Notes under the pieces: model-generated
The model's database searches: none
What the model was told of the DNA's origin: nothing
What the model saw: the letters and a program-made list of their open reading frames with translations, nothing else
Position numbers and translations under genes: made by a program
Assembly (NCBI GenBank): GCA_035546615.1
Contig: DASZWM010000005.1
Location: forward strand, 40,959-104,958
Reading direction: 5' to 3'
Length of the DNA: 64,000 nt
Source of the DNA: Minisyncoccota bacterium
Lineage (GTDB): Bacteria > Patescibacteriota > Minisyncoccia > Phycocordibacterales > SBAW01
Part shown: in pieces, positions 55,521 through 64,000 of the stretch
How the letters are laid out: the number at the start of each line of letters is the position of its first letter
Numbering within the stretch: position 1 is the first letter of the stretch

Positions 55521-55664
55521 ATGGACCAGTATTTTACAAAGACGTTCTTCCGGTTCTTCTTCAGCTTTATGGTCATCATAGGCGTAGCCTTCGGCGTGAT
55601 AGTGCTGGCTTCCTCAATAACGCCGCCCCCGGCCCAGGTAGCCTACCCGCCCGACCAGTCGTAG
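55521..55664 (+). CDS. Small hydrophobic protein (47 aa), possibly translationally coupled
   Basis: ATG 2 nt after the upstream stop; MDQYFTKTFFRFFFSFMVIIGVAFGVIVLASSITPPPAQVAYPPDQS; below the ORF-track cutoff. Confidence 0.3.
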   Translation: MDQYFTKTFFRFFFSFMVIIGVAFGVIVLASSITPPPAQVAYPPDQS

Positions 55665-55682
55665 ATTGTACTATTAAATCAA

Positions 55683-56021
55683 ATGCTGTCTTCTTTCATT
55701 TGGTTTTTAGTTCCAACTGGGATTGCTTATATTATTGCCTATTGGATTTGTCAGAAAGTCGGAATCTTCCTTTATCGTCATTTACATAAATTTTCCTTGG
55801 CAGCACTTGGTACTATATTTTTATTCCTCATCACATTTCCTATTTTAATGGTAAATGGATGGTCCGTATCGGAAGCCATTATAGAAACGCGAGAGGGTAA
55901 CGATGCAGTGATTATCAGTTTGCTTGTTGGAGGGACTCCCACCCTTCTTGTTGCATGTGTCCTATTGATAACCGGCATAATCCTTTTATTGCGGATGCTA
56001 TATAAAATCCGTATAATCTAG
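55683..56021 (+). CDS. Hypothetical small membrane protein (AT-rich islet)
   Basis: 112-aa ORF with 3-4 TM helices; AT-rich. Confidence 0.4.
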   Translation: MLSSFIWFLVPTGIAYIIAYWICQKVGIFLYRHLHKFSLAALGTIFLFLITFPILMVNGWSVSEAIIETREGNDAVIISLLVGGTPTLLVACVLLITGIILLLRMLYKIRII

Positions 56022-56079
56022 CATCGCGCTTTAAGTTTTTTGACAATCAGTAAAGATTAGCGTAAAAAGCAGTATTAAC

Positions 56080-56685
56080 ATGAAGACATTTTTAATAAAA
56101 GTGGGGAAGATAGCTGCTTGGACGTTCGGCGTCCTGGTTGTCTTATTTATCGCCCTGGTCATATATCGCATTCCAGCGGTAGGCCAGAAAGAAAAGGCAG
56201 CGGAGGCCGTAACGCGCATCCATGCGGCGGAACTCACACTCGATACGGTAATGGGGAATCGTTTGCCGCTCCCGCCCAATGAGGAGGAAAATAACGCGAC
56301 GGTCGCGGGGATAGATAACAACGGAAACGGAATCCGCGACGACGTGGAGCTCGCAATATTCGCCAAGTACCCGAACTCCGCTAAGATTCGCGCAGCGGAA
56401 CTGCAATATGCCCTAGCCCTCCAGCTAATGATTACGGAAGTTTTTGACAAAGAGACTTGGATTGCAGCTGCTGAGATGCTTTCTCGTGGAGATGCATGTA
56501 TTGGACTTACAGTTCCTAATACTGACTTAACTACATACCTAAAAAGGTCAAAAGAAGTTGAGGATACCGTGCTTAATATTAGTATTCGTAAGAATGCAGA
56601 AGATGAGGCCTATAATTTTATAACAAGCTACGGTCTTCCGAATACTGATTTGTGCGATGTTGACTTAAATACACTTTCAGGTTAA
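56080..56685 (+). CDS. Hypothetical membrane-anchored protein
   Basis: 201-aa ORF; N-terminal TM anchor; AT-rich; no family motif. Confidence 0.45.
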   Translation: MKTFLIKVGKIAAWTFGVLVVLFIALVIYRIPAVGQKEKAAEAVTRIHAAELTLDTVMGNRLPLPPNEEENNATVAGIDNNGNGIRDDVELAIFAKYPNSAKIRAAELQYALALQLMITEVFDKETWIAAAEMLSRGDACIGLTVPNTDLTTYLKRSKEVEDTVLNISIRKNAEDEAYNFITSYGLPNTDLCDVDLNTLSG

Positions 56686-56699
56686 ATTCACCCCGTTTT

Positions 56700-58508
56700 A
56701 TGAAACGGGGTATTTTTGTTTTAGGGATCCTTTTTGCACTTCTGCCCAACCTGGCCTTTGCACAGGTTTCTTCCTGCTCCCAAACTGGTTATACAGTCAT
56801 TTTTGTAAACGGTATCTTTAATACCCTCCCAGAAGCTCGAAAGAACTCCGACATTCTTCAATACAAACTTGGTCGCTCTTACAATTCTCAACCAGTAACT
56901 GTTCAGCTCGGCTACAATCAATCTCATATTGGTGGAGCGGGGGATTTGTTCGAGTCCTACTTCCCTTCTTGGGACAGCTATGATTTGAATACTATTCTTT
57001 TAGATATATATCCCAAAGTAACGACCCGCAAACTCCTCGTAGTTGGCCATTCGCAGGGAGGAATGTACGCCAACAAGCTGTATGAATATCTTATCGGACA
57101 CGGCGAGCCGAAAACGGCGCTGGGGGTGTATGCGGTCGGAACGGCGGATTCGTATGTGGCCGGAGGCGGCAAGTATCTAACCTACAATCTTGACCCGGTC
57201 ATTAACAAGGTTAGGTATCTAACAGACCTTAATCCGCTTCCCGGGAACATTGATCTCGTAGACTTATCACCGGACGTTCCGGTTGAAGGACATTCTTTTA
57301 TTGATCAGTATCTTGCCGGAGCCGGAGATAGGATAGTTTCCGACATACAGGGCGAGCTTTCGGCGCTGAAGCCGGACGCCGGGACTTCGGCCGAGGGTTG
57401 TTTTACGCCGCCCACCATAGATGGGGCATATAAAGTAGAACAGGCGATATTGGCGGTTGCCGATCCGACTGCAAGTACGATACGCGATGGTGCTGTTGCA
57501 GGCTATCAAGGTACAAAGACTGTAGCTATTGCCGTTGGCACTTCGATGCAAAAAAGCTACTCTTCCGTTGCTTCCGCTATTGGTTCTATAAAGAATCTTT
57601 TTTCCGTCAACCTCGGCACAAAGGAGCAGGATGAGGCGACGTTCCAAGTAGCAAAAGCGCTTTACGGCTCAAGCCTCGATACTGCCGACATCCAGGCGAT
57701 AATCGATGGCAAGGACTTGGGCAGCGCGGTTATGCTTGCTACCAAGCCTGTACTAAAAAAGGAAGAAAAAGCTCCTGGCCTGGTACTTGGTGCACACACC
57801 GACACCGCCTCCTCTTCTTTGCCAAGTCCCATCAAAACTAAAAAGAAGGGAACGGCCTTTCACGGCGGAACGCTTATTGCCTCTGAATCCCTTTCTGTTT
57901 CAGAGGAGCCAGCTCCCGAAGAAGAGATTCCCCCGATGCCTCAAGAGACGGCTTCTTCTACAGAAGCAACCTCGACCCCGCCTGCAGAGGAAGCAACTTC
58001 TACCGAGCCGGTCTTCTATGTGATGGCTTCTCAGTCGGACGAATCTAATCTTTGCGCTCCCAACTGGCGCGCGTGTTACACAGGTAGCGATGCTCCTGCC
58101 CAGACCAGAATAGACTTGGGCCAGGGTTCCGGTTTAGGCGGCGGGAAAATAATAAGCCTCACTATTGCTAAAGATGAGAACTCGCTCTTCAAATATCCCT
58201 GGGTCATTACTATCGAATGCTGGGTTGATATTGCACACACTCAGCCATGCCCAGACTGGACTGCTCCGAGTTCTTGGAACGGCCAGCAGACCAGCGTCTT
58301 GGCCGAATTCGCAATGCCGACACCAAGCGATAGATACTGGACCGCTTACTTTACCGACTCTGTTCACGATAGGGCTTTTGACGGTTCTTCTCCTGCGACC
58401 TTTAATCCTAATTATTACTACACGCTTCTTATAAATGACGACGGCTGGCACTTTGGCGCATACGGCTCGGCCACTGAGCCGTACTGGGTGCTGACGGGCC
58501 AGAAGTAA
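56700..58508 (+). CDS. Secreted alpha/beta-hydrolase (lipase/esterase-like, GHSQG nucleophile elbow) with C-terminal domain
   Basis: 602-aa ORF; signal peptide; VVGHSQGGMYANKLYEY nucleophile elbow; Ser/Thr/Pro/Glu-rich linker (ASSSLPSPIKTKKK...PAPEEEIPP), then a Trp-rich C-terminal domain; AT-rich. Confidence 0.6.
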   Translation: MKRGIFVLGILFALLPNLAFAQVSSCSQTGYTVIFVNGIFNTLPEARKNSDILQYKLGRSYNSQPVTVQLGYNQSHIGGAGDLFESYFPSWDSYDLNTILLDIYPKVTTRKLLVVGHSQGGMYANKLYEYLIGHGEPKTALGVYAVGTADSYVAGGGKYLTYNLDPVINKVRYLTDLNPLPGNIDLVDLSPDVPVEGHSFIDQYLAGAGDRIVSDIQGELSALKPDAGTSAEGCFTPPTIDGAYKVEQAILAVADPTASTIRDGAVAGYQGTKTVAIAVGTSMQKSYSSVASAIGSIKNLFSVNLGTKEQDEATFQVAKALYGSSLDTADIQAIIDGKDLGSAVMLATKPVLKKEEKAPGLVLGAHTDTASSSLPSPIKTKKKGTAFHGGTLIASESLSVSEEPAPEEEIPPMPQETASSTEATSTPPAEEATSTEPVFYVMASQSDESNLCAPNWRACYTGSDAPAQTRIDLGQGSGLGGGKIISLTIAKDENSLFKYPWVITIECWVDIAHTQPCPDWTAPSSWNGQQTSVLAEFAMPTPSDRYWTAYFTDSVHDRAFDGSSPATFNPNYYYTLLINDDGWHFGAYGSATEPYWVLTGQK

Positions 58509-58539
58509 TTGACAGAATTAGTTTCCTAAAGTATCTTAT

Positions 58540-58640
58540 TCCTTAAGGGCCAGAGACAGAGGGTAGGCGAAAGCCGTTAATGCCGAGAGGCGCCTTCCGA
58601 GGTCGAACTACGCCCTTACCTGGGGCTTTTTTAATGCCTC
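58540..58640 (+). promoter_or_regulatory. Putative rplJ (L10) autoregulatory leader / attenuator
   Basis: Structured GC-rich segment (gggccagagacagagggtaggcgaaagccgttaatgccgagaggcgcc...cctggggctttttt) directly upstream of rplJ, ending in a hairpin plus U-run. Confidence 0.35.
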
Positions 58641-58658
58641 AGTAAACCATCTACAAAA

Positions 58659-59147
58659 ATGGCAATTACAAAACAGAAGAAAGTGGAGATAGTCGCGAAG
58701 GTGAGCGACATCGCGAAGAAGGCGAAGACCCTGGTTTTTGCCAACTTTAAGGGTCTCACCGTGGCGGAACAGAACGAGATGCGCAAGGCGCTCCGCGCTA
58801 AGAGCGTCGGCTACACCGTAGCCAAGAAGTCGCTCCTCGCAATCGGCCTTAAGGACGGAAAGTTCGAAGGCGAAATGCCCGCGCTTGAAGGCGAGGTAGC
58901 CTTTGCCTATGGCGAAGACGAGCTCGCGCCCGCGCGCGAGATAGCGGTGTTCGTGAAGAAATTCGGCGAGCACCTGGCGTTCGCAGGCGGCATGTTTGCG
59001 GGCAAGTTCGTCGGCAAGGACGAGATTACGTCCATTGCGGCTATTCCCGGCATGGAGACGCTTCGCGCTCAGTTCGTACAGCTTATCAACTCACCTCTCC
59101 AGCGCTTTGCGGTTGTCCTCAACGCAAAAGCTGAGAAACAAGGATAA
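58659..59147 (+). CDS. rplJ: 50S ribosomal protein L10
   Basis: 162-aa ORF; uL10 pattern (KKVEIV..., LVFANFKGLTVAEQNEMRKALR, FAGGMFAGKF). Confidence 0.85.
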   Translation: MAITKQKKVEIVAKVSDIAKKAKTLVFANFKGLTVAEQNEMRKALRAKSVGYTVAKKSLLAIGLKDGKFEGEMPALEGEVAFAYGEDELAPAREIAVFVKKFGEHLAFAGGMFAGKFVGKDEITSIAAIPGMETLRAQFVQLINSPLQRFAVVLNAKAEKQG

Positions 59148-59214
59148 GCAACATCCTTACAAACTTGAGAATGTGAGAATGTTCTTAAATCTTAATTCAT
59201 AAATCTTACTTAAT

Positions 59215-59658
59215 ATGGCAGATGAAACGACAGTAGAGGCTCCGGCAGCGGCAGCTCCGGCGGCGGAAGAGAAGAAGGAAGGCGCGGCGATGCCCGCGAA
59301 GTTCAAGGACCTCGTCAGCTCGGTAGAGAAGATGTCGGTGCTTGAGCTCCACGAGCTCGTGAAGGCGCTCGAGGCCCACTGGGGCGTCTCGGCGGCGGCA
59401 GTAGCCGTGGCAGGTCCGGCTGCAGGCGTGGCAGCGGGCGAGGAGAAGACCTCGTTCAACGTGCAGCTTGCCGACGCGGGCGCACAGAAGGTGCAGGTCA
59501 TCAAGGCGGTCAAGGACGCTTTGGGCCTGGGCCTCAAGGAGGCGAAGGACCTCGTTGACGCGGCTCCGACCATGCTTAAGGAGGGCCTTAAGAAGGAGGA
59601 GGCAGACAAGCTTAAGGCGGCCGTTGAGGCAGCCGGCGGCAAGGTTGAGCTCAAATAA
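59215..59658 (+). CDS. rplL: 50S ribosomal protein L7/L12 (N-terminally extended)
   Basis: 147-aa ORF; dimerisation helix [21 protein letters not shown], flexible Ala/Gly hinge, C-terminal domain [24 protein letters not shown]...GGKVELK. Confidence 0.85.
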   Translation: MADETTVEAPAAAAPAAEEKKEGAAMPAKFKDLVSSVEKMSVLELHELVKALEAHWGVSAAAVAVAGPAAGVAAGEEKTSFNVQLADAGAQKVQVIKAVKDALGLGLKEAKDLVDAAPTMLKEGLKKEEADKLKAAVEAAGGKVELK

Positions 59659-59676
59659 TCAAGTTTATTTTTCAAA

Positions 59677-59706
59677 CAAAAACTCCGGCTATAGCCGGAG
59701 TTTTTG
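59677..59706 (+). terminator. Rho-independent terminator after rplL
   Basis: aaaaactccggct-ata-gccggagttttt. Confidence 0.8.
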
Positions 59707-59806
59707 TTTTGTTGTATCGTGCGGCATGGACATAGTGTCCGAACGCCCAAGGGCGTATTCCTACGGGAAGGTGGAACCCAAGGGTTCCTTGAAAAGGAGA
59801 TAAGTC

Positions 59807-60439
59807 ATGAAAAAGTCCGCGATAGCGGGGGTGATGCCTCCGCGTCACGACTTAGCCGAGCAGGCGTGCCAGAGCCTCATCTTCCTCTTCGGCGCAGGCC
59901 TGGAAGAATTCCGGAGCGACGAGGAGATGCTGCAGATCCTCAATCTGATATACCAAGAGGCAGATCGGGCGGCGATGCCGCGCTCCGCAGCAGCTCCGGC
60001 ATCCGGCAAGGCGAAGAAGGATGAGGTGAGCCGGGGCGAGATCAGTCTAAGCCTATACCGCTCTGCCCGGTCCACTCGTGCCAACGGCTCGCTGTGCCGG
60101 GCAATCCCTCTAACCCTCGCCACTCTTATGGAAACAATAGTCCGGGAGTGGCGACGTACGAGTGATCTTGAGCACGAAAGAGACCTGGCAAGAGCTATCC
60201 TGGAAGTTGAAAGCTTTTTGGAGGTTCAACCCGAAGAGAGAGCCGCGCTCCAGGGTGCAGTACGAAACGGATTCGGAGGGAACACCATCCCTTTGGATCG
60301 GATTTGCCGCCTGATTCGGTGCGCCGAGGATGTAGGGTTGAAAGGGAAAAGACAGTCCCTGATCAACGCACTCCATGCCGCAGTCCGCGACATGAGCGTT
60401 GAGACCGCGGTGAAGGTCTTCGGTTCTCATACGACATGA
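59807..60439 (+). CDS. Hypothetical protein
   Basis: 210-aa soluble ORF; no recognisable motifs. Confidence 0.4.
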   Translation: MKKSAIAGVMPPRHDLAEQACQSLIFLFGAGLEEFRSDEEMLQILNLIYQEADRAAMPRSAAAPASGKAKKDEVSRGEISLSLYRSARSTRANGSLCRAIPLTLATLMETIVREWRRTSDLEHERDLARAILEVESFLEVQPEERAALQGAVRNGFGGNTIPLDRICRLIRCAEDVGLKGKRQSLINALHAAVRDMSVETAVKVFGSHTT

Positions 60440-60565
60440 CCGCCCGCCAGCTTGCCGCCGGCGCCCCCAGAAGGGCGCCGGCGTTCTGTTTTATCCACTT
60501 TTGCGCTTGACCCTCCTTTTGCGTAGAATGCTCATGTCTGACCGCGTGTTTTTCTGACAGACCGT

Positions 60566-61144
60566 ATGACCGACACACTCTCGAAACTCTTCGGCTCCGC
60601 CGCGCGCGTAAAGCTCCTGCGCCTTTTCCTGTTCAACAACGAGCAAACGTTCACGGTCGCCGAGGCCGCGGCGCGCATACGCGTCAATACCAAGGAAACG
60701 AGCCGCGAGATGCTGCTTTTGCGCAAGCTCGGCGCCATAGTCCGGGACGGTCGCGGCACGGTGCCGCGCTACCGGCTCAACGGCGACTTTTCGTACTTGC
60801 GCGCGCTCCAGGCGCTGCTCCTCAACGCTCCCGAGCGGGCGAACGATATTTATGCCCGCATTAAAAAGTCCGGTACGCTGAAGCTCGTGGTCGTGGCGGG
60901 CGTATTCGTGGGCGACTGGGAGGGCAGGGTGGACCTGCTCGTTGTGGGCGACCGCGTGGATGAGCCGACGCTTCGCCGCGCGATACGGCTCTTGGAATCC
61001 GAAGTGGGGAAGGAGATACGCTACACGCTCCTGACGACCCAGGAGTTCTATTACCGCCTCAACATGAACGACCATCTCGTGCGCGACGTGCTCGATTTCA
61101 CCCACCGGATAGTGTTCGACCGCTTGGACATCGGGCTTGAGTAG
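60566..61144 (+). CDS. Hypothetical protein with N-terminal winged-helix-like region
   Basis: 192-aa ORF; N-terminal LFGSAARVKLLRLFLFNNEQTFTVAEAAARIRVNTKETSREMLLLRKLGAI resembles a wHTH. Confidence 0.4.
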   Translation: MTDTLSKLFGSAARVKLLRLFLFNNEQTFTVAEAAARIRVNTKETSREMLLLRKLGAIVRDGRGTVPRYRLNGDFSYLRALQALLLNAPERANDIYARIKKSGTLKLVVVAGVFVGDWEGRVDLLVVGDRVDEPTLRRAIRLLESEVGKEIRYTLLTTQEFYYRLNMNDHLVRDVLDFTHRIVFDRLDIGLE

Positions 61145-61273
61145 CGGACTTTGCCCGGGCTAAAACCTCATGGTTAAGCCGTATTAGGCTATCCACAGAG
61201 GGCTGGTTGCGAAGCCTCCATATTGCTACAATTAAGGAGGAATTATTAAATTATTAGTTACTGGTTTTCGTAT

Positions 61274-61969
61274 ATGATCGTACAATCATGGGTTGATGTG
61301 CTGCAGCAGTCATTTTCGATGATGCTTGCAAACACCGTCAATTTTATTCCGTCCCTCGTGTTCGCAGTCGTTATCTTCGTGGTCGGCTGGTTCATCGGCG
61401 CGTTCCTCGGCCGCGTAGTCGCGCAGGCTGTCGGCGCCATCAAGGTTGACCAGGCGCTCCGCTCCGCAGGAGTGGGCGAGGTCGTATCGCGCGCGGGCTA
61501 CACCCTTAACTCGGGCGTATTCCTCGGCGAGCTCGTGAAGTGGTTCGTTATCATCGTGTTCCTCATGTGGGCGCTCCAGGTGCTCATGCTCACGCCGGTA
61601 ACGCTCTTCCTTCAGCAGGTGGTCCTCGGATTCCTTCCGCAGGTCATCGTCGCGGTGCTCATTGTGCTCATCGGCGCGGTTCTTGCCGAGCTGATGCAGA
61701 ACGTCGTCACCGGTTCGGCGCGCGCGGCGGGCATCCGCTCCGCGGGCTTCGCCGGCGCGCTTGCGCGCTGGTCTATCTGGATCTTCGCCATCGCTATCGC
61801 GCTCTCGCAGCTCGGTATCGGCGCGCAGTACTTCCAGACGCTCTTCATGGGCATCGTCGTCGCGCTTGCCATCGCATTCGGCCTTGCATTCGGCCTCGGC
61901 GGCCAGGACGCCGCGTCGCGCTTCATCGAGAAGACGCGCGAGCAGATGAACCATCACAATCATTCCTAA
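61274..61969 (+). CDS. Membrane protein with conserved-TM-helix repeats (MscS N-terminal-like)
   Basis: 231-aa ORF; 5-6 TM helices with repeated GxxVxxA and (A/G)-rich helices; C-terminal His-rich tail HHNHS. Confidence 0.45.
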   Translation: MIVQSWVDVLQQSFSMMLANTVNFIPSLVFAVVIFVVGWFIGAFLGRVVAQAVGAIKVDQALRSAGVGEVVSRAGYTLNSGVFLGELVKWFVIIVFLMWALQVLMLTPVTLFLQQVVLGFLPQVIVAVLIVLIGAVLAELMQNVVTGSARAAGIRSAGFAGALARWSIWIFAIAIALSQLGIGAQYFQTLFMGIVVALAIAFGLAFGLGGQDAASRFIEKTREQMNHHNHS

Positions 61970-62026
61970 AGCGGGCGCTTCTCGCTCAAGCAAAACGCCG
62001 CGCGGGAAACCGCGCGGCGTTTTGCT

Positions 62027-62425
62027 TTGTTGCAGAAAGCGGAGTCCGGGGATATGCTCGGATATAGAAATAGTCATCCGCCAGGAGTACCTCGCATGCT
62101 GTATCGCCTCACGCGCTTCGACTTCGCCGTCTTTGCGGTTCTGCTTGCCTCGGTCTGCATGGAGTGGGGTGCCGCGCCTTCATGGGTCGTCAACTTTGAC
62201 ATCTACGTCCTCGTGGCGCTGTTCTTCTCTCGCTATGTAGAGAGAGCTCTCCATCGGATGCGGTTTGACGAGCACGCGGAGATGAGCAACGACATGGACC
62301 GGTTCGTGACCTACTGCTCGTTCGTGCTTTCGCTCACGTGGCCCATACTTCTAGTACTTTCTCCCCTCATCATCCTGTTCGGCTCTCCCGTTATGCGGCG
62401 GCCCGACCCCCAGCTGAGCTGGTAA
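62027..62425 (+). CDS. Hypothetical small membrane protein
   Basis: 132-aa ORF with 3 predicted TM helices; the start is uncertain (an internal Met at MLYRL is possible). Confidence 0.35.
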   Translation: MLQKAESGDMLGYRNSHPPGVPRMLYRLTRFDFAVFAVLLASVCMEWGAAPSWVVNFDIYVLVALFFSRYVERALHRMRFDEHAEMSNDMDRFVTYCSFVLSLTWPILLVLSPLIILFGSPVMRRPDPQLSW

Positions 62426-62518
62426 CCTGACCCCGGCGCTCTACCTAGGAGCGACCGGGGCGGTTTTCTATATGGCACAAGGCTTTTTTGACCCTCTACC
62501 CCCTGGAAAGCCATATAT

Positions 62519-62547
62519 TTGACACCATATATAGAGTCGTATATACT
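62519..62547 (+). promoter_or_regulatory. Strong sigma70-like promoter (TTGACA-17-TATACT) upstream of the 23S rRNA
   Basis: ttgaca 62519-62524, 17-nt spacer, tatact 62542-62547. Confidence 0.55.
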
Positions 62548-62621
62548 CATAAGCGCAAATATGTTTACCACTAACCAATCCACAAGGCGGCGATAGCACG
62601 CAACTTTAGTGTTGCCTGTTG

Positions 62622-62644
62622 TCCCGCGAAGGCGGGATTTTTTA
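62622..62644 (+). terminator. Hairpin plus U-run ~75 nt downstream of the promoter
   Basis: tcccgc-gaag-gcggga followed by tttttt. Confidence 0.55.
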
Positions 62645-62842
62645 GTCTAAAAATTTGCACGAAGCGGCCTTTGACAAGTGAATTCCATTACGCAGCCACT
62701 TCCAATGTGGGTCTTTTTGTGGATGCGGAAATGGGCAGGTAAAAACAAAAAATTAAATTACAAACATGTATAGACATGTGTTTGTAAGCAACAACAGATT
62801 ATTGCGGTTCTCAAGCTTCTTTTCTCTGTAAAGAGAGGGGAA

Positions 62843-64000
<1,158 letters not shown>

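Overview
The window is a high-GC bacterial segment (~58-60% GC by eye) with the gene content and layout of a Candidate Phyla Radiation (Parcubacteria-like) genome. Supporting features: a 23S rRNA gene with no upstream 16S; rplK followed by a terminator instead of rplA; a eukaryote/archaeal-type alpha2 GlyRS; a type-2 IleS; and a MetRS that lacks its C-terminal tRNA-binding domain, which is encoded separately. Housekeeping content: ruvA, rpsT, lnt, ruvX, rluA-like, rplS, zwf, mscL, dsbA-like, secE-nusG-rplK, tmk, glyA, argS, ileS, recO, glyRS, metG, tatD, rpsF-ssb-rpsR, efp, an ECF-type sigma factor, recA, ftsK, rplJ-rplL, eight tRNAs and the 5' part of a 23S rRNA. Several small AT-rich islets are interspersed; these carry an HNH endonuclease, a frameshifted gene, small protein-kinase-like ORFs, an SGNH hydrolase and a secreted GHSQG hydrolase.

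The most unusual content is listed below.
- A locus bounded by two oppositely oriented tRNA-Arg genes (931-8739). It carries two paralogous giant secreted glycine-rich proteins that share a cysteine-rich middle region and a conserved ~90-aa C-terminal domain ending IP[EA]YQEI. Each gene is preceded by a direct-repeat copy of the tRNA-Arg 3' end, and the two genes flank lnt.
- A single ORF fusing a dCTP-deaminase-like domain to two tandem, motif-complementary ThyX domains, adjacent to tmk and glyA.
- An IleS carrying a complete histidine-phosphatase (PGM-family, exact RHG signature) domain inserted in its catalytic body.
- A dispersed ~50-nt repeat family (3 copies).
- Several long structured-looking intergenic leaders or ncRNA candidates, in particular the one upstream of the TerC-family gene.
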